Below are positions 47,006 to 55,769 of a stretch of DNA of 64,000 nt, piece by piece (position 1 is the stretch's first letter; each line of letters starts with the position of its first letter). A program made the translations under genes and the position numbers. A model generated the notes under the pieces. That model saw nothing but the letters and a program-made list of their open reading frames with translations, was not told the origin of the DNA and did no database searches. The stretch is from Candidatus Bipolaricaulota bacterium (GTDB taxonomy: Bacteria > Patescibacteriota > Patescibacteriia > UBA11705 > DATKZF01): contig DATKZF010000003.1 of assembly GCA_035528115.1 (NCBI GenBank), positions 423,089 to 487,088 on the forward strand, written 5' to 3'.

Positions 47006-49522
47006 ATGCCAAAGAAAGACATGAAAATCAAACCGGTTGACGAGGGTGGCCAGAGCGAACCTGTCGCGGGCAAATTGATCCCTCAATCATTGGTTGAAGA
47101 AATGCAAAAATGCTATTTGGATTACGCGATGTCAGTCATCGTTTCCAGAGCATTGCCGGATGTGCGCGACGGATTGAAACCGGTTCATCGAAGAATTTTA
47201 TACGCCATGTGGACGTTGGGGTTGAAATACTCGGGCAAATTCAGAAAATCCGCGACCGTGGTCGGCGAAGTGCTGGGTAAATACCATCCGCACGGCGACG
47301 TGGCCGTGTACGAATCAATGGTTCGTCTGGCTCAGTATTTTTCCATGAGATATACGTTGGTCAAAGGCCAAGGTAATTTCGGCTCAATGGATGGAGATCG
47401 CGCGGCGGCCATGAGGTACACGGAAGCCAAATTGGACGCGGTGGCCGAAGAATTGCTGTTTGATATTGATAAGGAAACCGTGGAATTCGTGCCAAATTAC
47501 GACGGCACGCAAAAAGAACCTTTGGTTTTGCCGGCCAAGCTGCCGAATTTGCTTTTAAACGGCATGATGGGCATTGCCGTGGGCATGGCCACCAATATTC
47601 CGCCTCACAATTTAACGGAATTATGCAACGGTTTGGTGTATTTGATTGAAAATCCCGACGCTTACGTTGAAGACCTTATTAAATTCATTCCCGGACCGGA
47701 TTTTCCGACCGGCGGTTTGATATTCGACAGCAGTGAAATCAAGCAGGCCTATGCCACGGGCAGAGGCAAAATCGTGATGCGCGCCAAGACCGAAATCGTC
47801 GAAGAAAAAAGCGGTCAATTTCGAATCTTGGTGACCGAAATGCCGTTTCAAGTCAATAAAGCCACTCTTTTGGAAAAAATCGCGGATTTGGTCAAGGACA
47901 AAAAATTGGAAGGCATCAAGGATTTACGAGACGAATCGTCGAAAGAAGGCGTTCGAATCGTTATCGAATTGAAAAAAGACACTTATCCGAAAAAAATATT
48001 GAATCGTTTGTTTCAATTGACACAATTGCAAAGCGCCTTCAACGTCAATATGTTGGCGTTGGTTGACGGCATTCAGCCGAAGGTGTTGACGCTCAAAGAT
48101 ATTTTGGGCGAATATCTTTCTCACCGCCGGATCGTGATCAGAAAAAGAACGGAATTCGAGTTGCGCAAGGCGGAAGATCGAGCGCATATCTTGGAAGGAT
48201 TGAAAATCGCCCTTGATAATATCGACGCGGTCATCAAATTGATCAAACAGTCCAAAGATAAGGAAGAAGCGAAAATCGGTTTGATTAAAAAATTCAAACT
48301 CAGCGAACGCCAGGCCATTGCCATTTTGGAAATGAGATTGCAAAATCTCGCCAATTTGGAGAGTTTGAGGGTTTTGGAAGAATTGAAGGAAAAAATGGCC
48401 TTGATTAAAGAATTGAAAGCCATTTTAAGTTCCGATAAGAGGATTTCGGGCATTATCAAAGACGAACTGTTGGAAATTAAAGAAAAATACGGGGACGAGA
48501 GGCGCACGCAAATCGTGCCGGGCGGGGTGGGTGAATTCGCGCAAGAAGATTTGGTGCCCAATGAATCGACGATCGTGGTGATCACCAGAGACGGTTATAT
48601 AAAAAGAGTGCCGCCGGAAACGTTCAAGTCTCAAAAAAGAGGAGGCAAGGGCGTGATCGGTTTGGCCACCAAAGAAGAGGACGTGGTCGAGCAATTCTTC
48701 ACCACCATGACGCACAATAATTTATTGTTCTTCACCACTCGCGGACGAGTGTTTCAGCTCAAGTCATACGACGTGCCGCCAAGCGCCCGAACCACCAAAG
48801 GCCAGGCCATTGTTAATTTCCTGCAATTGGCGCCGCAAGAAAAAATTTCTTCTGTCTTGGTCATGGAAAAGTTGGCGAGCACCAAATATTTGATGATGGT
48901 GACCAAAAAAGGTTTGATTAAAAAAACTCCGCTTTCCGATTTCGCCAATGTCAGAAGATCCGGATTGATCGCCATCAAATTGAAAGACGAAGACAGATTG
49001 AAATGGGTCAAGCCGACTTCCGGCGCGGACCAAGTTTTCTTGGTGACCTCAAACGGCCAGTCCATTCGATTCGATGAGAAAAACGTCAGAGCCATGGGGC
49101 GTTCCGCGGCCGGCGTGCGCGGTATTCGTCTCAAAGGCGAGGACAAAGTGATCGGTATGGACGTTATGGACGCCAAGTTGTCAGCCGGTTATGAATTGAT
49201 GGTGGCCACGGAACTGGGTTATGGCAAGAGAACGTCAATCAAGCAATATAAAGTTCAAAACAGAGGCGGTTCGGGTATCAGAACGGCTAAGGTCACTTCA
49301 AAGAACGGCAAAGCGATATTCGGCAAAGTGGTTGATCCCAAAGATCGCAAAGAACGAGACATTATTATCATTTCTCAAAAAGGTCAGGTGATCAGAATCC
49401 CGTTCACTTCCATTCCGAGCCTTGGTCGCGACACGCAGGGCGTTCGCATTATGCGATTTAAGGCGGCCGGGGACAGCGTGGCCAATATCGCGTTCGTGCA
49501 AATGCCGATTGAGGAAAAATAA
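47006..49522 (+). CDS. gyrA: DNA gyrase subunit A
   Basis: 838 aa; active-site region AMRYTEAKL (catalytic Tyr), GyrA-box-like QRRGGKG, beta-pinwheel C-terminal repeats. Confidence 0.95.
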   Translation: MPKKDMKIKPVDEGGQSEPVAGKLIPQSLVEEMQKCYLDYAMSVIVSRALPDVRDGLKPVHRRILYAMWTLGLKYSGKFRKSATVVGEVLGKYHPHGDVAVYESMVRLAQYFSMRYTLVKGQGNFGSMDGDRAAAMRYTEAKLDAVAEELLFDIDKETVEFVPNYDGTQKEPLVLPAKLPNLLLNGMMGIAVGMATNIPPHNLTELCNGLVYLIENPDAYVEDLIKFIPGPDFPTGGLIFDSSEIKQAYATGRGKIVMRAKTEIVEEKSGQFRILVTEMPFQVNKATLLEKIADLVKDKKLEGIKDLRDESSKEGVRIVIELKKDTYPKKILNRLFQLTQLQSAFNVNMLALVDGIQPKVLTLKDILGEYLSHRRIVIRKRTEFELRKAEDRAHILEGLKIALDNIDAVIKLIKQSKDKEEAKIGLIKKFKLSERQAIAILEMRLQNLANLESLRVLEELKEKMALIKELKAILSSDKRISGIIKDELLEIKEKYGDERRTQIVPGGVGEFAQEDLVPNESTIVVITRDGYIKRVPPETFKSQKRGGKGVIGLATKEEDVVEQFFTTMTHNNLLFFTTRGRVFQLKSYDVPPSARTTKGQAIVNFLQLAPQEKISSVLVMEKLASTKYLMMVTKKGLIKKTPLSDFANVRRSGLIAIKLKDEDRLKWVKPTSGADQVFLVTSNGQSIRFDEKNVRAMGRSAAGVRGIRLKGEDKVIGMDVMDAKLSAGYELMVATELGYGKRTSIKQYKVQNRGGSGIRTAKVTSKNGKAIFGKVVDPKDRKERDIIIISQKGQVIRIPFTSIPSLGRDTQGVRIMRFKAAGDSVANIAFVQMPIEEK

Positions 49523-49532
49523 TTTTTAATAA

Positions 49533-49564
49533 ATAAAAAATCGGCCGCCCGGCCGATTTTTTTG
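49533..49564 (+). terminator. Rho-independent terminator after gyrA, followed by two GC hairpins
   Basis: aaaaaatcggccgcccggccgattttttt; then ggtagagacgcgcc/ggcgcgtctctacc and ccggcggcggatcgccgccgtcgg. Confidence 0.6.
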
Positions 49565-49636
49565 TTTGGCGCGTGTCATGGTAGAGACGCGCCACGGCGC
49601 GTCTCTACCAACCGGCGGCGGATCGCCGCCGTCGGT

Positions 49637-50605
49637 TTATACCACGCGCCAATGTCCGTCTTCTTTGATTATTTTTCCGTCCAAGGTGAATCCCGATGCG
49701 CGTCTGTGTCCGCCGCCGCCGAGGGCCATGGCCAATTTGGAAACGTCGATATTGTCTTTGGTCGTGCGGATACTGCCTTTTATTTTTCCCTCCCCGGTTT
49801 CTCTCAAAACAACTATGATGTTCGGCTGATACAAATTCATCAGGAAATTGGCAATGCCGTTGACCGAGTCATCATCGACGAAGTTGTCCGCCAAATCCTT
49901 TTCGGTAACGGCCGCGAAAGCGATTTTATATTTTTCATTGTATTTCAAACCGGAAAAGACCCTGCCCCAAAATTTTAAAGTCTTGAAGTTTTTGTTTTTC
50001 CATAAACTTTGCAAGGCCGCTTTTATTCTGGCGCCTCGGCTCATTAATTCCGAGGAAATTTCCATGCTCGCTTGCGTGGTGGCCGCGTTGGAAAAAAAGG
50101 TGGTGTCCGAGATAATGCCGGTCAAAAGCGAATTGAGCGATCCTTTGTCCAGCTTGATTAGATTGTTTTTAAATAATCGATAAACGATTTCGGAAGTGGA
50201 GGAGCTTTCGGGTTTAACGATATTGATATCGCCGTAATTGTTATTGGTGAAATGATGATCGATATTTATCAAAGTCGAGGTTTTGTCCCTGTTCATTATT
50301 AAATCGGCAATGCCGGTTTGTTTGATTTCCCCGCAATCAAGACAAACAATGGTTTGGAATTTGTTTAATTCGTTTTCAAGAATCGAATTGATTAAAACCA
50401 GTCGTGTTTCCTTCAATGACTCGGGCGTCAAATCCGCGCAAAAGCAGACGACGTTTTTTTTCTTTGTTTGGCAGTGATAAAAAAAAGCCGCGGCCGCACC
50501 GATGGTGTCCGCGTCAGGATTTCTATGACAGACGATTAAAACATCTCGGCTTTCGTCAATCTTGTCCAAAATTTTCTTTTCCAGTATTTTCATCTTTGAT
50601 TTCAT
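49637..50605 (-). CDS. nrnA: DHH-family phosphoesterase (NrnA-like nanoRNase / pAp phosphatase)
   Basis: DHH motifs LIVCHRNPDADTIGAAAAF and NIDHHFTNN; DHHA1-like C-terminus GGGHRRASGF. Start trimmed to MKSKMKILEKK. Confidence 0.7.
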   Translation of the reverse strand: MKSKMKILEKKILDKIDESRDVLIVCHRNPDADTIGAAAAFFYHCQTKKKNVVCFCADLTPESLKETRLVLINSILENELNKFQTIVCLDCGEIKQTGIADLIMNRDKTSTLINIDHHFTNNNYGDINIVKPESSSTSEIVYRLFKNNLIKLDKGSLNSLLTGIISDTTFFSNAATTQASMEISSELMSRGARIKAALQSLWKNKNFKTLKFWGRVFSGLKYNEKYKIAFAAVTEKDLADNFVDDDSVNGIANFLMNLYQPNIIVVLRETGEGKIKGSIRTTKDNIDVSKLAMALGGGGHRRASGFTLDGKIIKEDGHWRVV

Positions 50606-50921
50606 TAAGAATTTCTTCGATTTCCCGCGCCTTTTTTTCCGTTTTTTCGAAAACAAAACGCAATTTGGGGATTTTTCGAAACCTTGTTCCCTTGGCCAGC
50701 CATTTTTTAATTTCCCCGCTTCTTAAAATGAGGAATTTTTTGGCTTCATTTTCCTTGGAGTCCGGCAAAACGCTGAAATGGATTTTTGCGCTTTCCAGGT
50801 CGGGGGAACTGTCAACATTAGCAATGGTAATCAAAAAGTCAAGCGGGGCGTCAAGGCGCCTGGAGATGATTTCCGCGATTTCTTGGCTTAAAAGACTGTC
50901 CAATTTTTCTTTTCGATGCAT
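50556..50921 (-). CDS. rbfA: Ribosome-binding factor A
   Basis: 121 aa; KH-like RbfA signature ISRRLDAPLDFLITIANVDSSPDLESAKIHFSV. Confidence 0.8.
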   Translation of the reverse strand: MHRKEKLDSLLSQEIAEIISRRLDAPLDFLITIANVDSSPDLESAKIHFSVLPDSKENEAKKFLILRSGEIKKWLAKGTRFRKIPKLRFVFEKTEKKAREIEEILNEIKDENTGKENFGQD

Positions 50922-51055
50922 ATTTTCAGGGGTTGGTTAATATCGTTGATTTATAATAGCATTATTTCATATAAAGATAAAGGCGGGTTTTTTTTAGGTT
51001 GTTAGGTTTTTAGGGAGGTAGGTTCTTAGTATCTTGTTGGCCTTTCTAATAACCT

Positions 51056-51340
51056 AAAAACCTACAAGCTACCACCGCCTATTGCCTCTCCGGCCACCCA
51101 TCGTTGTCATCTCGACCCCTCGACTTCGCTCGGGGCATGCCGTAGTGGAGAGATCCCTTTTTGTAATCAATGAGGGATTTCTCCATTCCGCCCTTCGGGG
51201 CTCCCTGCCTACCCTGCCTGCCGGCAGGCAGGCGGCAGGCAGGCGGGAATCCACAAAGCAGCGGTAGAATCATAAGCGGCGGCTTAAATCCACCTAATAA
51301 GCTAATAAGCTACAAGCTACTACGCCTATTGCCTCTCCTC
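51056..51340. mobile_element. MITE-like non-coding insert (about 215 bp) flanked by about 30-bp direct repeats
   Basis: Direct repeats ctacaagctaccaccgcctattgcctctcc (51060-51090) and ctacaagctactacgcctattgcctctcc (51310-51340). The intervening sequence contains the reverse copy of the 2111-2170 unit (ccatcgttgtcatctcgacccctcgacttcgctcggggcatgccgtagtggagagatc) and ccctgcctgccggcaggcaggcggcaggcagg. Confidence 0.5.
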
Positions 51341-51364
51341 ATCGCCCATGATAAGTTTATATAT

Positions 51365-52669
51365 ATGAAGTCTCTAATAAAAAAATTCATTCCCAAAAGC
51401 GTTTTATCGCTTTACCACAAATTTTTGGCGATTGTGGCGCGTTTTGCGTTCGGCAATCCTTCTGAAAAAATGATTGTCATCGGCGTGACCGGCACGAACG
51501 GCAAGTCATCGACCGTAAAATTGATCGCCAAGGCCCTGGCGAGCGAAGGCGCCAAAGTCGGTTACACCTCCACTTCGGAATTTCAAATCGGCGACAAAGA
51601 ATGGCTCAACAAAACGAAAATGACCATGCTCGGCCGTTTTCAATTGCAAAAACTTTTGAAAAAAATGGTTGACGCGGGTTGCCGATACGCGGTGGTGGAA
51701 GTTTCTTCGCAAGGCGTGGAGCAATTTCGCCATTTTGGCATTAATTTCGATTACGCTATTTTTACGAATTTAACTCCGGAGCACATCGAAGCTCATGGAG
51801 GTTTTGAAAATTACAAAAAAGCCAAAGGCAAATTTTTCAAATTCCTGACTTTGCGGCCGCGAAAGAAAATTAACGGTCAAGAAATCAAAAAAGTCATGGT
51901 CGTCAATCGAGACGACGAGCACTCCGATTATTTCCTGTCTTTTCCGGCTGACAAAAAATTGATTTTCAGCGCCCAAGACAAATTAAGCGACGTTTTTGCG
52001 GAAAATATTAAAGTCTCGACTTTGGGCACCTCGTTTTCCGTTAAAGGCCTTGAAATAAATTTGCGTTTGCTGGGCAAGTTCAATGTTTACAACAGTTTGC
52101 CCGCGATCGCCATCGGTTTGAACGAAGGACTTGATTTGGAAAAAATAAAAGCCGCGCTCGAGGCCGCGAAAGTCATTCCCGGACGCATGGAATTGATAGA
52201 TGAGGGTCAGCCGTTTTCGGTCATTGTCGATTACGCGCCCGAGCCGTACAGCTTGGCGAAATTATATGAGACGCTTGATTTGATGCAAAAAAATAAATTG
52301 ATTCACGTCTTGGGTTCGTGCGGGGGCGGACGCGATGTGGCCCGTCGGCCGATTTTGGGCAAGATGGCCGGCGAAAAGGCGGACATTGTCATTGTCACCA
52401 ATGAAGATCCGTACGATGATGATCCTCAAAAAATAATTGATGAAGTGGCGGCCGGCGCGATCGGGGTTGGGAAAAAATTGAATGAAAATCTTTTTAAGAT
52501 ATTGGACAGAAAAGAAGCCATTGCCAAGGCCATGAATTTGGCCGGCGCCGGGGATTTGGTGGTTTTGACCGGCAAGGGTTCGGAGCAGGCGATTGTGGTG
52601 AAGAACAATAAGAAGATGCCGTGGGATGAGAGGGAGGCGGCGAGGGAGGTTTTGAGGAGGCGGTGTTAA
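51365..52669 (+). CDS. Mur ligase family protein (MurE/MurF-like UDP-N-acetylmuramoyl-peptide ligase)
   Basis: VIGVTGTNGKSST P-loop, DYAIFTNLTPEHIEAHGGFENYKKAKGKFF, C-terminal Mur_ligase_C. ATG 51365 preferred over the track start 51170, which reads through the MITE-like element. Confidence 0.8.
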   Translation: MKSLIKKFIPKSVLSLYHKFLAIVARFAFGNPSEKMIVIGVTGTNGKSSTVKLIAKALASEGAKVGYTSTSEFQIGDKEWLNKTKMTMLGRFQLQKLLKKMVDAGCRYAVVEVSSQGVEQFRHFGINFDYAIFTNLTPEHIEAHGGFENYKKAKGKFFKFLTLRPRKKINGQEIKKVMVVNRDDEHSDYFLSFPADKKLIFSAQDKLSDVFAENIKVSTLGTSFSVKGLEINLRLLGKFNVYNSLPAIAIGLNEGLDLEKIKAALEAAKVIPGRMELIDEGQPFSVIVDYAPEPYSLAKLYETLDLMQKNKLIHVLGSCGGGRDVARRPILGKMAGEKADIVIVTNEDPYDDDPQKIIDEVAAGAIGVGKKLNENLFKILDRKEAIAKAMNLAGAGDLVVLTGKGSEQAIVVKNNKKMPWDEREAAREVLRRRC

Positions 52670-52688
52670 TTTGCATTGATTCATAAAA

Positions 52689-54839
52689 ATGTTAAATTCA
52701 AAACCAAAACCAAAAATGAATATTTTAATCTATTCAGTATATGGTTTGACAATTTTTATCAGCGCTTTTTTGCTTTTTCAAATCCAGCCACTCATCAGCA
52801 AACACATTTTGCCTTGGTTTGGCGGCGTCGCTTCTGTCTGGACGATTTGCATGCTTTTTTTTCAGGCAATACTGTTTCTGGGATATTTGTATGCTCATTT
52901 AATCACGAAATACTTATCAAATAAAAAACAAATAACGGTTCACGTTGCGTTATTAATCATTGCCGCCATTTCATTGTCAATTCTGCCGGAAGCGATATGG
53001 AAACCGACTGTCGGCGACAACCCTGTATTTCTCATCCTGCTTTTATTAAGTGCGTCCGTGGCCTTACCCGCCATTATCCTTTCTTCAACTTCTCCCCTGC
53101 TCCAAAGCTGGTTTAGCAAACAAAACATTGAAAAGTCCCCTTATAAATTATACGCGATATCAAACGCCGGATCTCTACTCGCGCTTTTGAGCTTCCCTTT
53201 TTTATTTGAGCCTTTAATGCCTATAAGCGCTCAAGCAAACTTTTGGATAGTCGGATTCATTCTGTTCGTAGTTTTATGTCTATTCTCGGGTTTGTTTTTA
53301 TTTAGGAAGAAAAAAATAATAGTTGAAAAAGTCATTTCTATCCGAAATACTGAAAAGCCGACAATAAAAATGAAATTGTACTGGCTGATTCTGGCAACAT
53401 CCACTTCTATTTTGCTTTTAGCCGTTACTGAGAAAATTTCACATGATATTTCCGTGATCCCTTTTCTCTGGGTGGCTACGCTTAGCTTGTATTTAATAAC
53501 CTTTGTTATTGCTTTTTCAAGAGCCGAGAATGAAAAGCGGCGCAATAATTTATTCCCAAATTTTTTAATTTTGTGCGTTATATGCCTGTTCCTCTTTATT
53601 GGACTTAATCATCTTTTTTCGCATCTAATCACGTATTTGTTCATTTTATTTTTATTTTGCCTTGCTTGCAATCACGAATTGGTTAGATTAAAACCTGTCT
53701 CTGATTATTTAACCTCATTTTATTTGTTTATCGCGGCGGGTGGCATTGCGGGAGGCATTTTTGCCGGCATTATTGCTCCTTTAATTTTTAATACCTATGC
53801 GGAACTCCCTCTAATAATTGTTGTTTGTGTGATTATCACGTTAATTGTTATTTTAAAAGAGGCAAGCTGGCATTGGAAAATAGTTAAAACCGGTTCAGGC
53901 CAAATACAATTCACTCTTTACAAATTTGATAAAAAATTTCAATTTTCAGGGAAACCGCAAAATTATATTTTTGTTGCATTAATAGTATTCTTTTCTATTT
54001 TTTGTTTCGGAGCCATGATTTATGATAATCCACAAGGCGATTCGAAGGTGCTGGAAAAATCCAGGAATTTTTATGGTATGTTAACGGTGGAGTCATTTAA
54101 TTCCTCCGGTGAAGGCTCGCCCAGGAGAGAGTTAATATCAGGCAATATTCTTCACGGCTCGCAATTGACTGAAGAATGTAAACAAAAAAATCCCACAAGC
54201 TATTATGGCCACCAAAGCGGTGTCGGCCTTCTTCTTGATCGCTATCAAGACAAGCCGAAGCGAGTCGGCATAATCGGGTTGGGCGCGGGCACCATTGCAG
54301 CTTATGGACAGAGCGGGGATTATTTCAAGTTTTATGAGATTAATCCCGAAGTTACAAACATCAGCAAAAAATATTTCACTTACGTGGAAAATTCAGAGGC
54401 TACTATAGATATTGCAGAGGGGGACGCACGGCTATCGCTTGAGCGAGAAAATTTTCAAAATTATAATATCTTAATCATTGATGCTTTTACCAATGATTCG
54501 ATTCCAGTTCATCTTTTAACTAAAGAAGCATTTGACATATATTTAAAACATCTTAATAATGACGGAGTGATTGCCTTGAATATTTCCAGCCTTTATATTG
54601 ATTTGACGCCGGTAGTTTTAAAACTGGCCGAATATAACCACCTCGATGCCGAGATTATTGCTTCAAATGGTGATATAGACCAAAATACCGCGACTGCCCT
54701 GTGGATTTTGCTAAGCAAGAATGAAAATTTGATTAAAAACTTGAATAACAGTTCCGATGATTTCGCTGAAAAAATAGATATCAGCGCTGCTGACCTATGG
54801 ACAGATGATTACAGCAATATTTTTAAATTGCTTAAGTAA
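52689..54839 (+). CDS. Polytopic membrane domain fused to spermidine-synthase-like (PABS) methyltransferase-fold domain
   Basis: About 12 N-terminal TM helices; C-terminal VGIIGLGAGTIAAYG...YEINPEV...IIDAFTNDSIPVHLLTKEAFDIYLKHLNNDGVIALN matches aminopropyltransferase family architecture. Confidence 0.55.
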   Translation: MLNSKPKPKMNILIYSVYGLTIFISAFLLFQIQPLISKHILPWFGGVASVWTICMLFFQAILFLGYLYAHLITKYLSNKKQITVHVALLIIAAISLSILPEAIWKPTVGDNPVFLILLLLSASVALPAIILSSTSPLLQSWFSKQNIEKSPYKLYAISNAGSLLALLSFPFLFEPLMPISAQANFWIVGFILFVVLCLFSGLFLFRKKKIIVEKVISIRNTEKPTIKMKLYWLILATSTSILLLAVTEKISHDISVIPFLWVATLSLYLITFVIAFSRAENEKRRNNLFPNFLILCVICLFLFIGLNHLFSHLITYLFILFLFCLACNHELVRLKPVSDYLTSFYLFIAAGGIAGGIFAGIIAPLIFNTYAELPLIIVVCVIITLIVILKEASWHWKIVKTGSGQIQFTLYKFDKKFQFSGKPQNYIFVALIVFFSIFCFGAMIYDNPQGDSKVLEKSRNFYGMLTVESFNSSGEGSPRRELISGNILHGSQLTEECKQKNPTSYYGHQSGVGLLLDRYQDKPKRVGIIGLGAGTIAAYGQSGDYFKFYEINPEVTNISKKYFTYVENSEATIDIAEGDARLSLERENFQNYNILIIDAFTNDSIPVHLLTKEAFDIYLKHLNNDGVIALNISSLYIDLTPVVLKLAEYNHLDAEIIASNGDIDQNTATALWILLSKNENLIKNLNNSSDDFAEKIDISAADLWTDDYSNIFKLLK

Positions 54840-54885
54840 TGGACTTGTTAAAATTGATAAGTACCGGATATAGCGACAAGATAAC

Positions 54886-54962
54886 TACGCAAAGAAGAAC
54901 AATAAAAAGATGCCGTGGGATGAGAGGGAGGTGGCGAGGGAGTGTTTGAGGAGGCGGGGGAA
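54886..54962 (+). repeat. Degenerate copy 2 of the Mur-ligase 3' terminus (att-like remnant)
   Basis: aagaacaataaaaagatgccgtgggatgagagggaggtggcgagggagtgtttgaggaggcggggg versus native 52600-52665. Confidence 0.7.
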
Positions 54963-55032
54963 TAATTAATTAGGGAGTTAAATATAAAAGGTAGTTGGCC
55001 AAAAGGTTCACTTAAACATTAACCAATTATGT

Positions 55033-55434
55033 ATGAAAATATTTAAAAATATATTTGGCTTAATATTGTTGGCAATAAGCGGATTTTATGCGATGTTTGC
55101 TGTAAGTTTTATACGCGAGATCCCTCTTTTTAATAGCGCATTTGGCAGCTTACTATGGCTGATTGCTATACTGGGTTTATTGGGGGTAACCGGATTATGG
55201 ACAACAATTTTGTTAAGAATCTTTCAAAAGGATGTCAAAAAACCAATCACAAAATATCTTATTTACATTGGAATCGTCGCAGCCCTAACAGTCTCTGTGA
55301 TAGGTTTTTCATTTTTTGGATTAAAAGAGTCAATCATCGCTTTAGGAAATTTTATGCTTAGTTGGGGATTATTGTTGTTTTCAATAGCTGTTATTGTTTA
55401 TTTGAAATTTGAACCATTTCGTAAGAAAAAATAA
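55033..55434 (+). CDS. Hypothetical small membrane protein (4 TM)
   Basis: 133 aa, strongly hydrophobic. Confidence 0.35.
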   Translation: MKIFKNIFGLILLAISGFYAMFAVSFIREIPLFNSAFGSLLWLIAILGLLGVTGLWTTILLRIFQKDVKKPITKYLIYIGIVAALTVSVIGFSFFGLKESIIALGNFMLSWGLLLFSIAVIVYLKFEPFRKKK

Positions 55435-55615
55435 ACGTATGGTCTAACAGCGCCTATGGTAAATGTCGTTTTCTCGCCTTCGGTGGACGATGAGCCGCAA
55501 ACGTTATCTCAATCACAGAACGCGCGATTTCGCGCGTTTTTTGGTTGATTTTTGGGGGTGGATGTGGTATGTTGGGGGTAATTAAATGGAAAATATGCCT
55601 CTATACTAATCGATA

Positions 55616-55715
55616 ATGGAAGGCGCGGAGCAGGCGATTGTGGTTAAGAATAATAAAAAGATGCCGTGGGATGAGAGGGAGGCGGCGAGGGAGGTTTTGA
55701 GGAAAATCAACAAAT
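55616..55715 (+). repeat. Degenerate copy 3 of the Mur-ligase 3' terminus (about 85 bp, att-like remnant)
   Basis: ggagcaggcgattgtggttaagaataataaaaagatgccgtgggatgagagggaggcggcgagggaggttttgagg versus native 52572-52660. Confidence 0.7.
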
Positions 55716-55769
55716 AGTAACCTATCAAAAAAGGTCAAAATATATCAGCCGAAGTTATAAGTTAATAAT

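Noticed and set aside
51170-51364. N-terminal 65 codons of the Mur ligase ORF as given by the track (MRDFSIPPFGAPCLPCLPAGRRQAGG…)
   Set aside because: The sequence is the MITE-like insert (CCTGCCTGCCGGCAGG palindromes) read in frame, and the first codon is not ATG. The conserved ligase N-terminus begins at MKSLIKKF (51365).
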